Assembly (NCBI GenBank): GCA_035528175.1
Contig: DATKZC010000007.1
Location: 1 to 54,515 of the forward strand
Source of the DNA: Minisyncoccota bacterium
Lineage (GTDB): Bacteria; Patescibacteriota; Minisyncoccia; RBG-13-40-8-A
Direction of reading: 5' to 3'
DNA length: 54,515 nucleotides
The position numbers and the translations under genes were made by a program. Each line of letters opens with the position of its first letter. Positions within the stretch are counted from its first letter, which is position 1. Positions 54,382 to 54,515 of the stretch are shown here, piece by piece. A model generated the notes under the pieces. That model did not search any database and had not been told where the DNA came from. It saw only the letters and a list, made by a program, of their open reading frames with translations.

Positions 54382-54515
54382 TCAATCTACAAGTGCAACA
54401 CTTGGTATATTAATACTAATATTAAACTTGTTTAATTCTTTTGAAAATACTTCTAAAGGAGTTAACCATCCAAACCGTTTTCTCGGTCGATCATTAAGTA
54501 GGTTTTCAACTTTCT
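54382..54515 (-). mobile_element. IS30-family transposase, C-terminal 43 codons (gene continues beyond the window)
   Basis: Translates as KVENLLNDRPRKRFGWLTPLEVFSKELNKFNISINIPSVALVD*. LN.RPRK.LG..TP.EVF is the conserved IS30 transposase C-terminal motif. Confidence 0.7.

Overview
This is an AT-rich, gene-dense (about 90% coding) 54.5-kb chromosomal segment that uses the standard genetic code. I infer a small-genome Patescibacteria/CPR (Parcubacteria-like) bacterium. The grounds are shortened housekeeping proteins (RpoA without an alpha-CTD, a 149-aa HrcA, a 580-aa AlaRS), Lys-rich ribosomal-protein extensions and GxxExxY/GIY-YIG selfish genes.

Core genes:
- The tail of the ribosomal/rpoA operon: infA-rpmJ-rpsM-rpsK-rpsD-rpoA-rplQ-rplM-rpsI.
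- An hrcA-grpE-dnaK-(membrane)-dnaJ-(membrane)-mnmA operon behind a perfect CIRCE operator.
- The start of the dcw cluster: mraZ-rsmH-ftsL-ftsI-murF.
- alaS, cysS, trpS, dnaB, recR, rplU, rmuC, secG, rpsF-ssb-rpsR, recA and ftsK.
- tRNA-Glu(CTC), tRNA-Val(CAC) and tRNA-Leu(CAG).

Accessory content:
- A four-gene TasA-like/SipW-type signal peptidase fibre operon (28483-33100) behind a roughly 290-nt structured leader.
- A tail-fibre/YadA-head-like surface protein.
- A membrane-anchored ClpB-like AAA+ protein.
- A GxxExxY nuclease cassette bounded by inverted repeats, plus an ORF-less copy of its ends.
- A decaying left-edge island: a GIY-YIG fragment, a radical SAM/SPASM gene without its Cys triad, and a transposase remnant.
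- A partial IS30-type transposase at the right edge.

The most unusual signal is about 20 short GC-rich hairpin elements in several alignable nucleotide families. They sit in-frame inside essential genes (alaS, mnmA, dnaK, cysS, recR, trpS, rpsF, rpsI, ftsK) and also in intergenic spacers. The same element appears in different reading frames and orientations, which resembles the behaviour of Rickettsia palindromic elements.

The second recurring signal is that many first-in-operon genes have a -10 box 6-8 nt from the ATG and no Shine-Dalgarno sequence, so they are probably leaderless.

All calls come from reading the sequence and the ORF track. No database search was run.
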